A stretch of DNA of 64,000 bases from Thermoanaerobaculia bacterium (GCA_963664405.1 OY761158.1:6464001-6528000); one strand, 5' to 3'. Shown: positions 50,998 through 60,529, numbered from the stretch's first letter. Notes: generated from the letters alone by a model not told the origin. Program-made: numbers and translations.

Positions 50998-52401
50998 TCA
51001 GCTGCCGTACGTCGCGGCATCGAGCTCGAAAGCCAGGCCTCGCAATGACTCGATACAAGCCCGGCGCTTAGCGTTTTCTGCCGCTACTTGGCGGAAGAGC
51101 CGGAGAGAGGCTCGATCGTCGAGCGCGGACGTATCGCGGTCCAGATGTTCAGACAAAAGCTCGCAGCGCAGAGCTTTCACTGTGGGGCCGTGCCAGAAAC
51201 TGGCGTTGAGCTCGACGTCACCGTAGAACGAACGATTGGCGATGTTGGTCGAACCGATCGTTGCCCACACGTCGTCAATGAGAGCGATCTTGGCGTGCAC
51301 GTGGATGTCCTGGTAGCCGCGGTCGGGCCGGTTGGACGCGATACCCGCGAGGGTAAAACGGGGCGATGAGCCCAGGGTCGCGAGCGCCTCGAAGAACGGC
51401 CGCGACTTGGGATCCTGCCGGGTTCTCGACATGTCGGCCATCTTCACGGGCACCAGACAGACGACGTCGATCCCGCGATCACAGGCCACCTGCAGGCGTT
51501 CGATTACCTGCGGCGCTCCGATAGCCTGATCTTCGATGTAGATTGTGGAGCGTGCTGCGTCGATGGCGCTCAGGTACTGCTCGAGAGTGCTGTACTCGCC
51601 CGCACCGATCGCGAAACACTCGCCGCCGGGCGTTGCCGTGGAGTCACTGTAGTGACCCGCACGCACAGTGCGCTGAATCTGTACCGTCGCCTCGCCGACC
51701 TCGGAACTCAGCGCTTGGGGATGGGCCAGCTTGGCGTGACCTACTGCCGATGGCCAGACGCCGTCGTCGAGAGTTCTCTCGCTGGCTTCGTTCCACCGCT
51801 GCACGAAGTTGTGGTGAACATCCGTGGCCGATGGTCCGACGATCTCGACGTACACGTCATGGGTACTGCCGACCACCTCCCGGGGGCTGTGACCCGGCGA
51901 GACCACCGAGTTGGGGTGCAGATTGATGCCACCAACAAAGGCCACTTCGTGCTCTTTCCCGGCGTCGATCATCCAGCTCTTCTGGTGTTGGCAGTACCGT
52001 TTCTGGGCTCTGTCCCATACCGCCTGGAATCGCGAGCCACGCTCCGCCAGCCAGGCGCGCTGCTCCGAGGTGCCAGGGAAGTGCGACTCCGGGTGCGTTG
52101 TATCCGGATCGGAGCGCCAGAAGATGGCTCGTACGTCGAGGCCGCGGTCAACGGCCGCGTCCAGCACGTCGAAGAAAGTGCCGCGACCGTCTGGCATCTG
52201 CATGTTGCGTTTGATGAAGCTAACGGTCACCCAAACACTGTGACGCGCCGCCTCAGCGGCCTCACAGATACGGCGGAAGGCGGGCTCGCCGTCGACCATG
52301 GGATGTACGGCGTTACCGACGCGCGCCGGGTACGAGCCGGAGGTCGAGAAGGGAATGTGCTGGCCGTGGCGCTGCATGACGAGCGGCTTGACTACAAGCA
52401 A
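50998..52401 (-). CDS. phospholipase D family protein
   Basis: Two HKD motifs, HQKSWMID and HAKIALID. Confidence 0.9.
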   Translation of the reverse strand: MLVVKPLVMQRHGQHIPFSTSGSYPARVGNAVHPMVDGEPAFRRICEAAEAARHSVWVTVSFIKRNMQMPDGRGTFFDVLDAAVDRGLDVRAIFWRSDPDTTHPESHFPGTSEQRAWLAERGSRFQAVWDRAQKRYCQHQKSWMIDAGKEHEVAFVGGINLHPNSVVSPGHSPREVVGSTHDVYVEIVGPSATDVHHNFVQRWNEASERTLDDGVWPSAVGHAKLAHPQALSSEVGEATVQIQRTVRAGHYSDSTATPGGECFAIGAGEYSTLEQYLSAIDAARSTIYIEDQAIGAPQVIERLQVACDRGIDVVCLVPVKMADMSRTRQDPKSRPFFEALATLGSSPRFTLAGIASNRPDRGYQDIHVHAKIALIDDVWATIGSTNIANRSFYGDVELNASFWHGPTVKALRCELLSEHLDRDTSALDDRASLRLFRQVAAENAKRRACIESLRGLAFELDAATYGS

Positions 52402-52618
52402 CTCTCACTATATTACGCTCTCTGACAGCCAGCCCTCGTTCGCGATAGGAGGCTTAGAAGCCGCTAGACCAGTGTCACCTTCCGCCTGAAAGTGTGCAGT
52501 GGCCAGCTCTCCCTATTGAGGCAGCGGCGCAACCGCCGAAGGTTGTCAACAGAAGGAAAGTGCAAGACATGCACCTTCCACAGCGAACTGTGCAAGCAGA
52601 CTTCTGGCTTGCGGGTGT

Positions 52619-52711
52619 CGTCGCGATGCACCCGGAACTGCGACACCGCACCGATTTCGGGGTCTATCGACTTTCAGCTATGCGTGTCGTGGTCCGCCCC
52701 AAACTACGACA
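52619..52711. repeat. cassette junction site 4 (two boxes, 39-bp spacer)
   Basis: CGTCGCGATG CACC CGG AACTGCGACA ... GCTATGCG TGTCGTGGTC CGCC CCA AACTACGACA. Confidence 0.85.
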
Positions 52712-52724
52712 GACCTGGGCGGAT

Positions 52725-53486
52725 TCAAATCCCGTTGGGGACGCCACTCCCTAGCGCGATGCGACCAGACGCTGCGCTGCGGTCTTCCCTCGAACCGGAG
52801 TCATCGGTGCGGGAGTACACGATGGCGTTGCCGTCTTTACCCACCATTTCGATGACCCCGACACGGCGCAGGCAGTAAGTCATCTGCTGCGCTAGACGGC
52901 GCCGCCGTCGGAGCGCCTCGGCGAGGTCGACAGTGGTGAACTCCCGCGGCACCTCGCTTGGCAGAAAGGAGGCCAAGGCCTCCGGTGAGTCGATGATGAG
53001 CCGATCGACGACCTCGAGCAGCCGACGCTCCTCGACCACCCAGCCCCTGCGTCGCCATCCTTTGTCGCCGTCGAAGCGGCGCACTTCTTCCTCGCGGATG
53101 AGCAGCACTTCGAGGGTCAAGTCGGCATGAGCGATGAGCCCCGGGAAGCTCACCAGCTCCCCGAAGAGGTCGACTGCAGCGCCTCGCTTGGGTGATTTCC
53201 GGCGGGAGGTCACTTCCCCCGACTCGTCGAGCTTCAGGATCCACTTCTCCACAGCGATCGGATGCACCACGCGTACGGCATGCCCATCGAGAAGCTTAGC
53301 CAGCTTGCGCTTCATCGATGAGAACCCGCGGGTCTGGATCTCGATGAGCAGACCGTTTCGGACGAGGTCGATCACGAACCCGTCGACGGGCTCTTCGACG
53401 CGATCATCGTCTTCGGCATACCAGCGTTTGAGTGCCGCATGCAGCGGCTTCTCGCCAAGCGTTCCCACATGCGTTCGAGCGGTCAT
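52725..53486 (-). CDS. hypothetical protein, PD-(D/E)xK nuclease-like with C-terminal wHTH
   Basis: EKPLHAALK...IDLVRNGLLIEIQT motif; C-terminal FTTVDLAE helix-turn-helix. Confidence 0.65.
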   Translation of the reverse strand: MTARTHVGTLGEKPLHAALKRWYAEDDDRVEEPVDGFVIDLVRNGLLIEIQTRGFSSMKRKLAKLLDGHAVRVVHPIAVEKWILKLDESGEVTSRRKSPKRGAAVDLFGELVSFPGLIAHADLTLEVLLIREEEVRRFDGDKGWRRRGWVVEERRLLEVVDRLIIDSPEALASFLPSEVPREFTTVDLAEALRRRRRLAQQMTYCLRRVGVIEMVGKDGNAIVYSRTDDSGSREDRSAASGRIALGSGVPNGI

Positions 53487-53517
53487 CTGCGGCGACGCTA
53501 TCAAGGCGCCGCTCGGC

Positions 53518-53544
53518 TGTCGTCTTCCGCCGAAAAAGACGACA
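53518..53544. repeat. cassette junction site 5 (single box)
   Basis: TGTCGTCTTC CGCC GAA AAAGACGACA, 3 bp from the kinase stop codon. Confidence 0.8.
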
Positions 53545-53547
53545 CGA

Positions 53548-56226
53548 TCAGTCGGTAGGGACCAACCGCTCCAGCTCCTCGAACCAGTTCTGGACCAGGA
53601 CGACGTGATTGGGTGCTCCCCCCTCGGTCGTCTCCACCGGTTTGACCATCAGGAACTTCTGAGCGTCAGGGGCGACGTCGTACATGCGGCCGATGGTGAC
53701 GGAATAGCTCCCGGTGAAGAGCACCTCCGGGCTTCCAGCCTCGAACGCGGGCTCGGTCCTCACTGGTACTGCCATCAGGCTGTCTCCGGATCGATAGAAG
53801 AGTTCGCTGCCGTCCGGTGACCACAACGGTTCGGTGCCGCCTCTCGCCGAGATCGGGATACGACCGCTGTCAACGTCAGGGAACGGCCTCACGTAGATCC
53901 GGTCCTCGCCCGATTCGTCCGACTGGTAGGTCAACCACCGACCATCGGGTGAGATCTCTCCATTCCGCTCACCGAACTCCGAGGCCAGAAGCGGTTCTGG
54001 CGGTTCCTCGCCTTCCAGCGACAGCACCCCCAGATCGCTCGCCGTCGTGCCGACGCGATAGATGAGAAGCTTGCCGTCGGGGGAGATCGACGATGGAAAT
54101 AGATTCTCTGCGGTCTCCGTGAGCTGCATCACCTCGCCCGTACCATCAGCCGCCCTCTGGTAGACGTCGAAGGTCCCGCCACGAACCGAGCTGTACACCA
54201 CTTCGCGGCTGTCAGGAGTCCAGATCGAATGCATGTCCATTCCCGGATCGCGGGTCAACCGGTCCAGGGTCTCCCGACCGAGATCCCAGATCCACACATC
54301 CTGTTCTTCATCAAGAGAAGAGACTGCTACCCGCCGTCCGTCCGGAGAAATGCGCGGATGGGCATAGGACCGAAATGGGGCCAAGAGGGCCTCCTCCCCT
54401 CCATCCCGTCCCACCCAGACCAGGGCCGTCTGCACCCCTCCCCCTGCGCCACCCGTGACGTACACCAAGGATCCGTCCTGCGAGAAGTCGAAGTTCACAG
54501 CACCTGTGGGCATCGTGCCGACGCCTTTCAAGACGGGCACCGGATTTCCCCGGACCTCAAGACTTCCTGCATCGAAGGCCACCGCACGTAACGTGCCGCT
54601 CACCCCATAGACCAGGTGCCCAGTGGGCACGTACCGGGCGCCGGCCCCTTCAGAGAACAGGACCTTCCGCTCCCCGGTAGTGAGAGATTGGGCCACGATC
54701 TGCGTTTGCTCGACGTTCGCGCTCGTGAAGACCGTGAAAAGGACGGCCTCGCCGCCAGGCAGCATCTCGGGAAAACGATAGGCAGTCTCACCCCTCTCGC
54801 GATCTGGCGCTACCAGCAGCTCCAGCTCGCCGCCTCCCCCCGACACCCGATAGAGACCCCCGGTTGCGGAGCCGAAGACAATGGTGTCGTCCGCCCCCCA
54901 GTTTGCACCGGTGAGAAGGTCGGGTAGCTCGCACAACGTCACGGTTGGTCCGCCGAGAATGGAGACCTTCTTGAGAGTCCCGCCGGATCGGAAGCCGACC
55001 CAGGCCCCGTCGGGCGACAGGAAGGGAGCAGTCGCGCCCTCCGTACCTGCGAGCTGGGACCCGACGAGGCGATCCACTCGGCGAACATAGAGAGAGCCTT
55101 CGCTGAGGTAGACGACCACCCGACCGTCGGGTGTCATCGCCAGATCGCGACCGGGGAAGGTACCCCCCACCGGCACACTGGGAGCGGCGCTCAGCACCGA
55201 GCGAACCACAGGGCGCTCGGGTGGCGCGGGTGCGGGCTTCAGGGTCCACACGGTGATCCCCGCGATTACCGCACCGGCAGCCAGCATAGCGAGGCCCGAA
55301 GGTACGGGGCTGCGCTTCTCCGCCACGACCGCGCCGGGCGTGGGCTCACGGTCCTGCGGAGCCACGATGGCTTCTTCGATCTCGATGCGGGCGTCACCGA
55401 TATCGCGCAGCCGCTGTCTTGGGTCCTTGCTGAGACACCGCCGCAACAGTTCTCGGAGCTTTCGGGGCGTAGCGTCGGGGAGCCGTTCCCAATATGGGTC
55501 GGACTTGAGCACCGACGCCAGGGTGATGGAGGCGTCCTCGCCCTCGAAGACTCGCTTGCCGCTCAGCGCCTCGAACAGACAGACCCCGAAAGCCCATACA
55601 TCGGCGCGCTTATCGACGGTCTTTCCTCGCGCCTGCTCGGGAGCCATGTAGGCGGCAGTGCCGAGAATCTGGCCGCGTTGGGTCGCGGCGAGTGTGAGCG
55701 TCGGAGACTCAGACAAGCCGCCGTCTCCGCTCCCACTAGCTTCCACAGCCATCGCCTTGGCCAGACCGAAATCGAGGATCTTGACCGCACCGTCTTCCGA
55801 CACTTTGATGTTCGCAGGCTTCAAATCCCGGTGGATGACCCCTTTCTCGTGGGCTGCCTCCAGGCCCTCCGCGATTTGCAAGAAAACGGGTAATGCCTCA
55901 TCGACAGGGATTGCACCTCTCTTGATGCGATCAGCCAGGGTCTCGCCTTCCACCAGCTCCATGACCAGGAAGCTGGTGTCGCCTTCCCGCTCGAAGGCAT
56001 GGAGGCTGGCGATGTTCTTGTGGTTGAGCGACGCCAGCACCCGCGCCTCACGCTCGAAGCGCGCCAGCCGCTCGGCGTTCTGCGATACCTCCTCAAGGAG
56101 CAGCTTGATCGCCACTTCCCGCCCGAGCTTGGTGTCGCGGGCTCGGTAGACCTCTCCCATGCCCCCCGCGCCTAGCGAGGAGACCACTTCGTAGTGGCTA
56201 AGGCGAGTGCCAGCTTCTAGAGCCAT
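53548..56226 (-). CDS. Ser/Thr protein kinase + TM + TolB/PD40 beta-propeller
   Basis: GAGGMG, VAIK, HRDLKPAN, DFG, YMAPE, multiple SPDG repeats. Confidence 0.93.
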   Translation of the reverse strand: MALEAGTRLSHYEVVSSLGAGGMGEVYRARDTKLGREVAIKLLLEEVSQNAERLARFEREARVLASLNHKNIASLHAFEREGDTSFLVMELVEGETLADRIKRGAIPVDEALPVFLQIAEGLEAAHEKGVIHRDLKPANIKVSEDGAVKILDFGLAKAMAVEASGSGDGGLSESPTLTLAATQRGQILGTAAYMAPEQARGKTVDKRADVWAFGVCLFEALSGKRVFEGEDASITLASVLKSDPYWERLPDATPRKLRELLRRCLSKDPRQRLRDIGDARIEIEEAIVAPQDREPTPGAVVAEKRSPVPSGLAMLAAGAVIAGITVWTLKPAPAPPERPVVRSVLSAAPSVPVGGTFPGRDLAMTPDGRVVVYLSEGSLYVRRVDRLVGSQLAGTEGATAPFLSPDGAWVGFRSGGTLKKVSILGGPTVTLCELPDLLTGANWGADDTIVFGSATGGLYRVSGGGGELELLVAPDRERGETAYRFPEMLPGGEAVLFTVFTSANVEQTQIVAQSLTTGERKVLFSEGAGARYVPTGHLVYGVSGTLRAVAFDAGSLEVRGNPVPVLKGVGTMPTGAVNFDFSQDGSLVYVTGGAGGGVQTALVWVGRDGGEEALLAPFRSYAHPRISPDGRRVAVSSLDEEQDVWIWDLGRETLDRLTRDPGMDMHSIWTPDSREVVYSSVRGGTFDVYQRAADGTGEVMQLTETAENLFPSSISPDGKLLIYRVGTTASDLGVLSLEGEEPPEPLLASEFGERNGEISPDGRWLTYQSDESGEDRIYVRPFPDVDSGRIPISARGGTEPLWSPDGSELFYRSGDSLMAVPVRTEPAFEAGSPEVLFTGSYSVTIGRMYDVAPDAQKFLMVKPVETTEGGAPNHVVLVQNWFEELERLVPTD

Positions 56227-56285
56227 GACTTGGCGACATCTTACCGGTCGCCCGTGGTATCAGCGGCTCGGAGCTCGATCTGTGC

Positions 56286-56378
56286 TGTCGCAGAGCACCG
56301 AATTTCACGACAACACCTCTGCTCGAAGGCTTATCTGCTTCCGGCTATGCGTGTCGCAGACCGCCACAATTCGCGACA
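56286..56378. repeat. cassette junction site 6 (two boxes, 39-bp spacer)
   Basis: TGTCGCAGAG CACC GAA TTTCACGACA ... GCTATGCG TGTCGCAGAC CGCC ACA ATTCGCGACA. Confidence 0.85.
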
Positions 56379-56388
56379 CGCCTTCGCC

Positions 56389-59058
56389 TCACGAGCCCCC
56401 CTCGGAGAACATCTCGAGCACCTTGGCCCGCCAGTTCTGGACCAAGACTAGACGCTCCTCCTCGTCCTCTTCTACCGCCTGGATCATGAGGAAGCGACCG
56501 TCGGGGTGGACGGCGTAGTTCTGGTAGCGTCCGGGCACGCGCAGGTAATCATCCTCGAAGAGTGGCTCGGGACGCCGGGTGACGAAGCGCTCGCCGTCGA
56601 TCTCGATCGGGAGCGTCATCATGTGGGTCGGGCTGCGGTAGAGGATCTCGCTGCCTTCGGGGGAGAAGCTCGCCTCCTGGCCGCCGTCGAAGGTGAGCTG
56701 GCGCGGCTCGCCGGGACCGGGGAAGGGCCGAATCCAGACGTTCTCCTCGCTCTGAACGACCACCGAGTAAGCGATCCAACGTCCGGTGGGGTGGAAGCGG
56801 GCGGCGCGGACCCGGTTCCCCTCGAGGAGGGTCTCGGACTCCCCGCTCTCCCGGTCGAAGACCCAGAGTCCGGGGAAATCGAAGTTCGTGTAGAGCATGT
56901 AGCGCCCGTTCGGGGAGAAGTCGAGAACGGACTGGGCGTGCTCCGACGGCACGAGACGCTCCGCCGGGGCACTGCGATCGGCGGGCTGGATGTAGAGCTG
57001 ATAGCGCCCCTCGAAGCGATCCGACATGAAGACGATCTCCTGGCCGTCGGGCGGCACCCACCTCGCGCCAAGGTTGCGATTCCCCTCCTGGGTCGGGCGG
57101 GTCCAGGAGCCGGTCTCGAGGTCGAGCATCCACTGCTCGTAGTTCCCCTTGGCGTCGCGGGCGCTGACCGAGATCCGGAGCCAGTCCAGGGAGTGTCGCG
57201 GCGACAGGAAAGGCTTGCGCTCCGGCGCCACCTCCTCGATGTCCAGGCCGTCCCGACTCACCCAAACCAGCCGGGACACGCTCCGACTCCCGAGAACGTA
57301 GAGCAGGTCGCCCGAATCTGCGAGCGCGAAGCGGCCGACATCGACGTTAGAGCGGAGGCGCGGGGCCACCCCGGTCTCGACCTGACGCGCTGGGCCGAGG
57401 AGGTCGGCGGTCTCGGGATCGATCGGCGCCGCCCACAGTCCACCCCCGCGATAGAAGACCAAAACCCCCGGATCGAGATAGAGCGGCTGCGCCCCAGGGA
57501 GGAGAACCCGTTCCTGGCCAGTCTCGAGGTCCACCGCCCGCACCTCGCTCCAGAAGCCGTCCTGACGCTCGGATCTCAAGTGGGCCAGGGCGATCCGTTC
57601 ACCAGGCAGAAGCGCTCCCCCGTAGCCATGCCCCACCTGCTCGGGGACGCCCCCACCCGCCGGAATCCGCCATAGCTCGCGAGACGTGCCGCTGCCTGTC
57701 TCAGGCGTGTAGTAGAGGAAGCCATCGCGCCCCCAGACACCGGCGCTGCGGATCCCGTCCACCAGAACGCTGGCGCCTCCACCCTCCACGGGAAGCGTCT
57801 TCAGACTGCCCCCCGCGTCCCTGAAGGCAAGCTGCTGGCCGTCGGGCGAGAAGGTCATGGAGCGGGTGGCACCGTCGCTACCGGAGATGCGCTCGGCGAC
57901 CAGGGAGTCGAGAGAGCGTCGGTAGAGGCTGGTCTCGGCTCCCTCGCGACGACTGAAGACCACTAGCCGACCGTCCGGAGAGAGCACGACGGGCTGATCC
58001 GGAGCTGCCTCGAGATCGAGAGCCGTGACCGTCCAGGTGTCATCCGAGGCAGCGTCGCTCGCCGCATCGCCTCCATCTCGGAACAGGCCGAAGCCCAAGA
58101 CAAGACCGATCACCACAGCGAGGGCGAGGGCGAGGACAACCGACACTCGCCGCCGGGCTGGTGCCGCCTCGCCACCGGCTGGCGCGTCGATGTCCGGCTG
58201 CTCGAGCACTCCTCGGATCTCGATCCGAACGTCGGCGATGTCGTGAAGGCGCTCCCGCGGGTCCTTCGTCAAACACCGTCGGAGCAGTCTCCTGATCGCT
58301 CTCGGCGTCGCCGGGGGGAGCTTGCCCCAGTCGATCTCCGCTCTGAGCACCGCTGCCAGCGTGTCGGCGGCATCGTCGCCGTGGAACGCCCTCGATCCCG
58401 TCAGCGCCTCGTAGAGACACACGCCGAAGGCCCAGACGTCGGCCCTTCTATCGACCTCTTTCCCCTTGGCTTGTTCGGGCGACATGTAGGCCGCCGTGCC
58501 GAGGATCTGGCCCCGGAGCGTGGCCGCCTGGGTCAGCGTGGGCGACTCCGAAGGGTCGCTCTCCGGGCCCGTTGCCGGAGCCATTGCCTTGGCCAGACCG
58601 AAGTCAAGAATCTTGACGTTGCCGTCGTCGGTGACCTTGATGTTCGCGGGTTTGAGATCCCGGTGGATCACTCCCTTCTCGTGCGCTGCCTCAAGCCCCT
58701 CGGCGATTTGGAGAAACAGAGGGATCGCCTCCTCGACGGGAATCGGGCCGTGAGCGATCCGATCGGCCAGAGTCTCGCCCTCGACCAGCTCCATGACCAG
58801 GAAGCCCGTGTCACCTTCCCGCTCGAAGGCGTGGAGGCTGGCGATGTTCTTGTGGTTGAGCGAGGCGAGAACTCGCGCCTCGCGCTCGAAGCGAGCTAGA
58901 CGCTCAGGATCTGTGGAGACCTCATCAAGCAGCAGTTTGACCGCTACCTCGCGACCGAGCTTCGTGTCCTTGGCTCGATACACTTCTCCCATGCCTCCTG
59001 CACCTAGCGAGGAGACCACTTCGTAGTGGCCGAGGCGAGTGCCAGCTTCTAGAGCCAT
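56389..59058 (-). CDS. Ser/Thr protein kinase + TM + TolB/PD40 beta-propeller
   Basis: Same kinase motifs with a divergent propeller. Confidence 0.93.
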   Translation of the reverse strand: MALEAGTRLGHYEVVSSLGAGGMGEVYRAKDTKLGREVAVKLLLDEVSTDPERLARFEREARVLASLNHKNIASLHAFEREGDTGFLVMELVEGETLADRIAHGPIPVEEAIPLFLQIAEGLEAAHEKGVIHRDLKPANIKVTDDGNVKILDFGLAKAMAPATGPESDPSESPTLTQAATLRGQILGTAAYMSPEQAKGKEVDRRADVWAFGVCLYEALTGSRAFHGDDAADTLAAVLRAEIDWGKLPPATPRAIRRLLRRCLTKDPRERLHDIADVRIEIRGVLEQPDIDAPAGGEAAPARRRVSVVLALALAVVIGLVLGFGLFRDGGDAASDAASDDTWTVTALDLEAAPDQPVVLSPDGRLVVFSRREGAETSLYRRSLDSLVAERISGSDGATRSMTFSPDGQQLAFRDAGGSLKTLPVEGGGASVLVDGIRSAGVWGRDGFLYYTPETGSGTSRELWRIPAGGGVPEQVGHGYGGALLPGERIALAHLRSERQDGFWSEVRAVDLETGQERVLLPGAQPLYLDPGVLVFYRGGGLWAAPIDPETADLLGPARQVETGVAPRLRSNVDVGRFALADSGDLLYVLGSRSVSRLVWVSRDGLDIEEVAPERKPFLSPRHSLDWLRISVSARDAKGNYEQWMLDLETGSWTRPTQEGNRNLGARWVPPDGQEIVFMSDRFEGRYQLYIQPADRSAPAERLVPSEHAQSVLDFSPNGRYMLYTNFDFPGLWVFDRESGESETLLEGNRVRAARFHPTGRWIAYSVVVQSEENVWIRPFPGPGEPRQLTFDGGQEASFSPEGSEILYRSPTHMMTLPIEIDGERFVTRRPEPLFEDDYLRVPGRYQNYAVHPDGRFLMIQAVEEDEEERLVLVQNWRAKVLEMFSEGGS

Positions 59059-59118
59059 TGACTTGGCGACATCATACCCGTCGCCCGGGGGATCAGCGGC
59101 TCAGAGCTCGATTTGCGA

Positions 59119-59238
59119 TGTCGCACCTCACCCCGAAAGACGACACGCAGGCCCGCAAGTCCCCGTATTTGCTGGATTCTCTTGGTGCCCCAAGGGCGAA
59201 AGGCGACAGTTTGTCGCGATATGTGCGTGGGTGCGACA
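59119..59238. repeat. array-head site (box, spacer, half box, 3 bp, box)
   Basis: TGTCGCACCT CACC CCG AAAGACGACA ... GGCGACA GTT TGTCGCGATATGTGCGTGGGTGCGACA. Confidence 0.75.
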
Positions 59239-59643
59239 CCTTACCTCTGAGCACGGTCGTCGTTTCGACATCTGCGGAAGCCCGCCCCAGGATGGCACCG
59301 ATCTGAAGCCGTTCGCTGATCCCCTACCCGACGAGCTACTCACCTCCTGCTCACCAGCTTCTAGAAGAGGGGAGGCGGCTGCCTCCCATTACAGACAAGA
59401 TCGCTGTCACGCCTACGCGCCGTGAAGGCTAGCCGCCCTCGTTATACAGGGTGCGCGGTGGTGGCGTTTGATGCAGCGCTCGCGCAAAACGGCGGCAGAG
59501 GAACTCCGGACAGGGGTAAGGTGGGGGGTCCCCCGCCGAGGCTCCCTGCCGCTCGGGGGGCCCGTGGAGGGAGGGTCCAGGCCCCTAAAAGACTGCGCTG
59601 GTCATCATACTCCTTCACCAGTGGTCTTGACCCGGCTGGGATG

Positions 59644-60006
59644 CTAGTCCGGATCCCGGATCGCACTCGAGAGCATGAAACGGACCTTGCCCCCGGCCTG
59701 TCGGTAATACGGTGCGATGGTGGCCCGGCGACCATCTTCGAGCTCCAGCTCCACTACCCGCGCCTTCACGGCGATGTCGAAAGCGGCGCCCTCATCGTCG
59801 AGGTCCAGGGTGCCTCGGCCCTCCATGCGCTGACGGGTTTCTATGGGGCCGCCGTCGCCGCCCGTCAGCGTTCGGACAAGCTGGACCTTCAGGTGATAGT
59901 GCGCGTCAACCGACCTGTCGTCGTAGTGGATGCGACCATAACCGTTGAGGTCTTCGAGCGTCTCGTTGCGGACCTGTCCTTTGCCGCGACGGCTGCGACG
60001 TGCCAT
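59644..60006 (-). CDS. hypothetical protein (paralog of 60714-61043)
   Basis: LEDLNGYGRIHY..VDAHYHLKV..GRGTL..VELELEDGRR..VRFMLSSA aligns with the paralog. Confidence 0.7.
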   Translation of the reverse strand: MARRSRRGKGQVRNETLEDLNGYGRIHYDDRSVDAHYHLKVQLVRTLTGGDGGPIETRQRMEGRGTLDLDDEGAAFDIAVKARVVELELEDGRRATIAPYYRQAGGKVRFMLSSAIRDPD

Positions 60007-60184
60007 GAGGACTTCTGATCCTACCTCAGCGCAGATCTGCGCTGAGGTTCGCGAAGCTGGCAACCAGAAACGCCCGAGAACGCCCGTTCTCTGCCGCGGG
60101 AGGGTAGTGTGCACACCCTGCCGCGCCAGCGGCCTTTCTGGGCGCGACCGGGGCGCAAGTAGAGGCTCTCGGGTGGCTCTCGGG

Positions 60185-60529
60185 CTACTGTTCCAGAAGG
60201 GAGAGGAGAACGGCTCGGTCCTGACGGGAAAGGCTCGTGAACTCGGCTCCGATTTCGAGCCGGCCACCCTCGGCGAGCTCGACGTGAACCACTCGCGCCT
60301 CGGCTTGAATCAGCTCCTCGCCTGCGCCAATCTCGAGCTCCAAGAGGTCGCCCTCCTCCAGCCCCGTGCTGACTTTAAAGCGGACGCCAGACCGGCTGAG
60401 ATCGATGGTTCTACCCATTGAAGTCGATGTTATTCGGCGCTCGTGCCTGGTATAGGCAACTAGACTGACGGAGTGGACGCGAGGCGCGCTTCTGCGGTTC
60501 TGATCGCTTGGCATCGGAGCCACCGGCAC
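60185..60529 (-). CDS. PilZ domain protein
   Basis: RRSAPR (RxxxR) and DLSRSG (DxSxxG) motifs. Confidence 0.8.
   Translation of the reverse strand: MPVAPMPSDQNRRSAPRVHSVSLVAYTRHERRITSTSMGRTIDLSRSGVRFKVSTGLEEGDLLELEIGAGEELIQAEARVVHVELAEGGRLEIGAEFTSLSRQDRAVLLSLLEQ

Noticed and set aside
48028-59058. Diversity-generating retroelement acting on kinase paralogs
   Set aside because: No reverse transcriptase and no adenine-specific TR/VR pair seen.
46187-59238. Canonical integron attC sites or Xer dif/pdif sites
   Set aside because: No RYYYAAC/GTTRRRY ends, no IntI gene, and the arms do not resemble XerC/XerD boxes.
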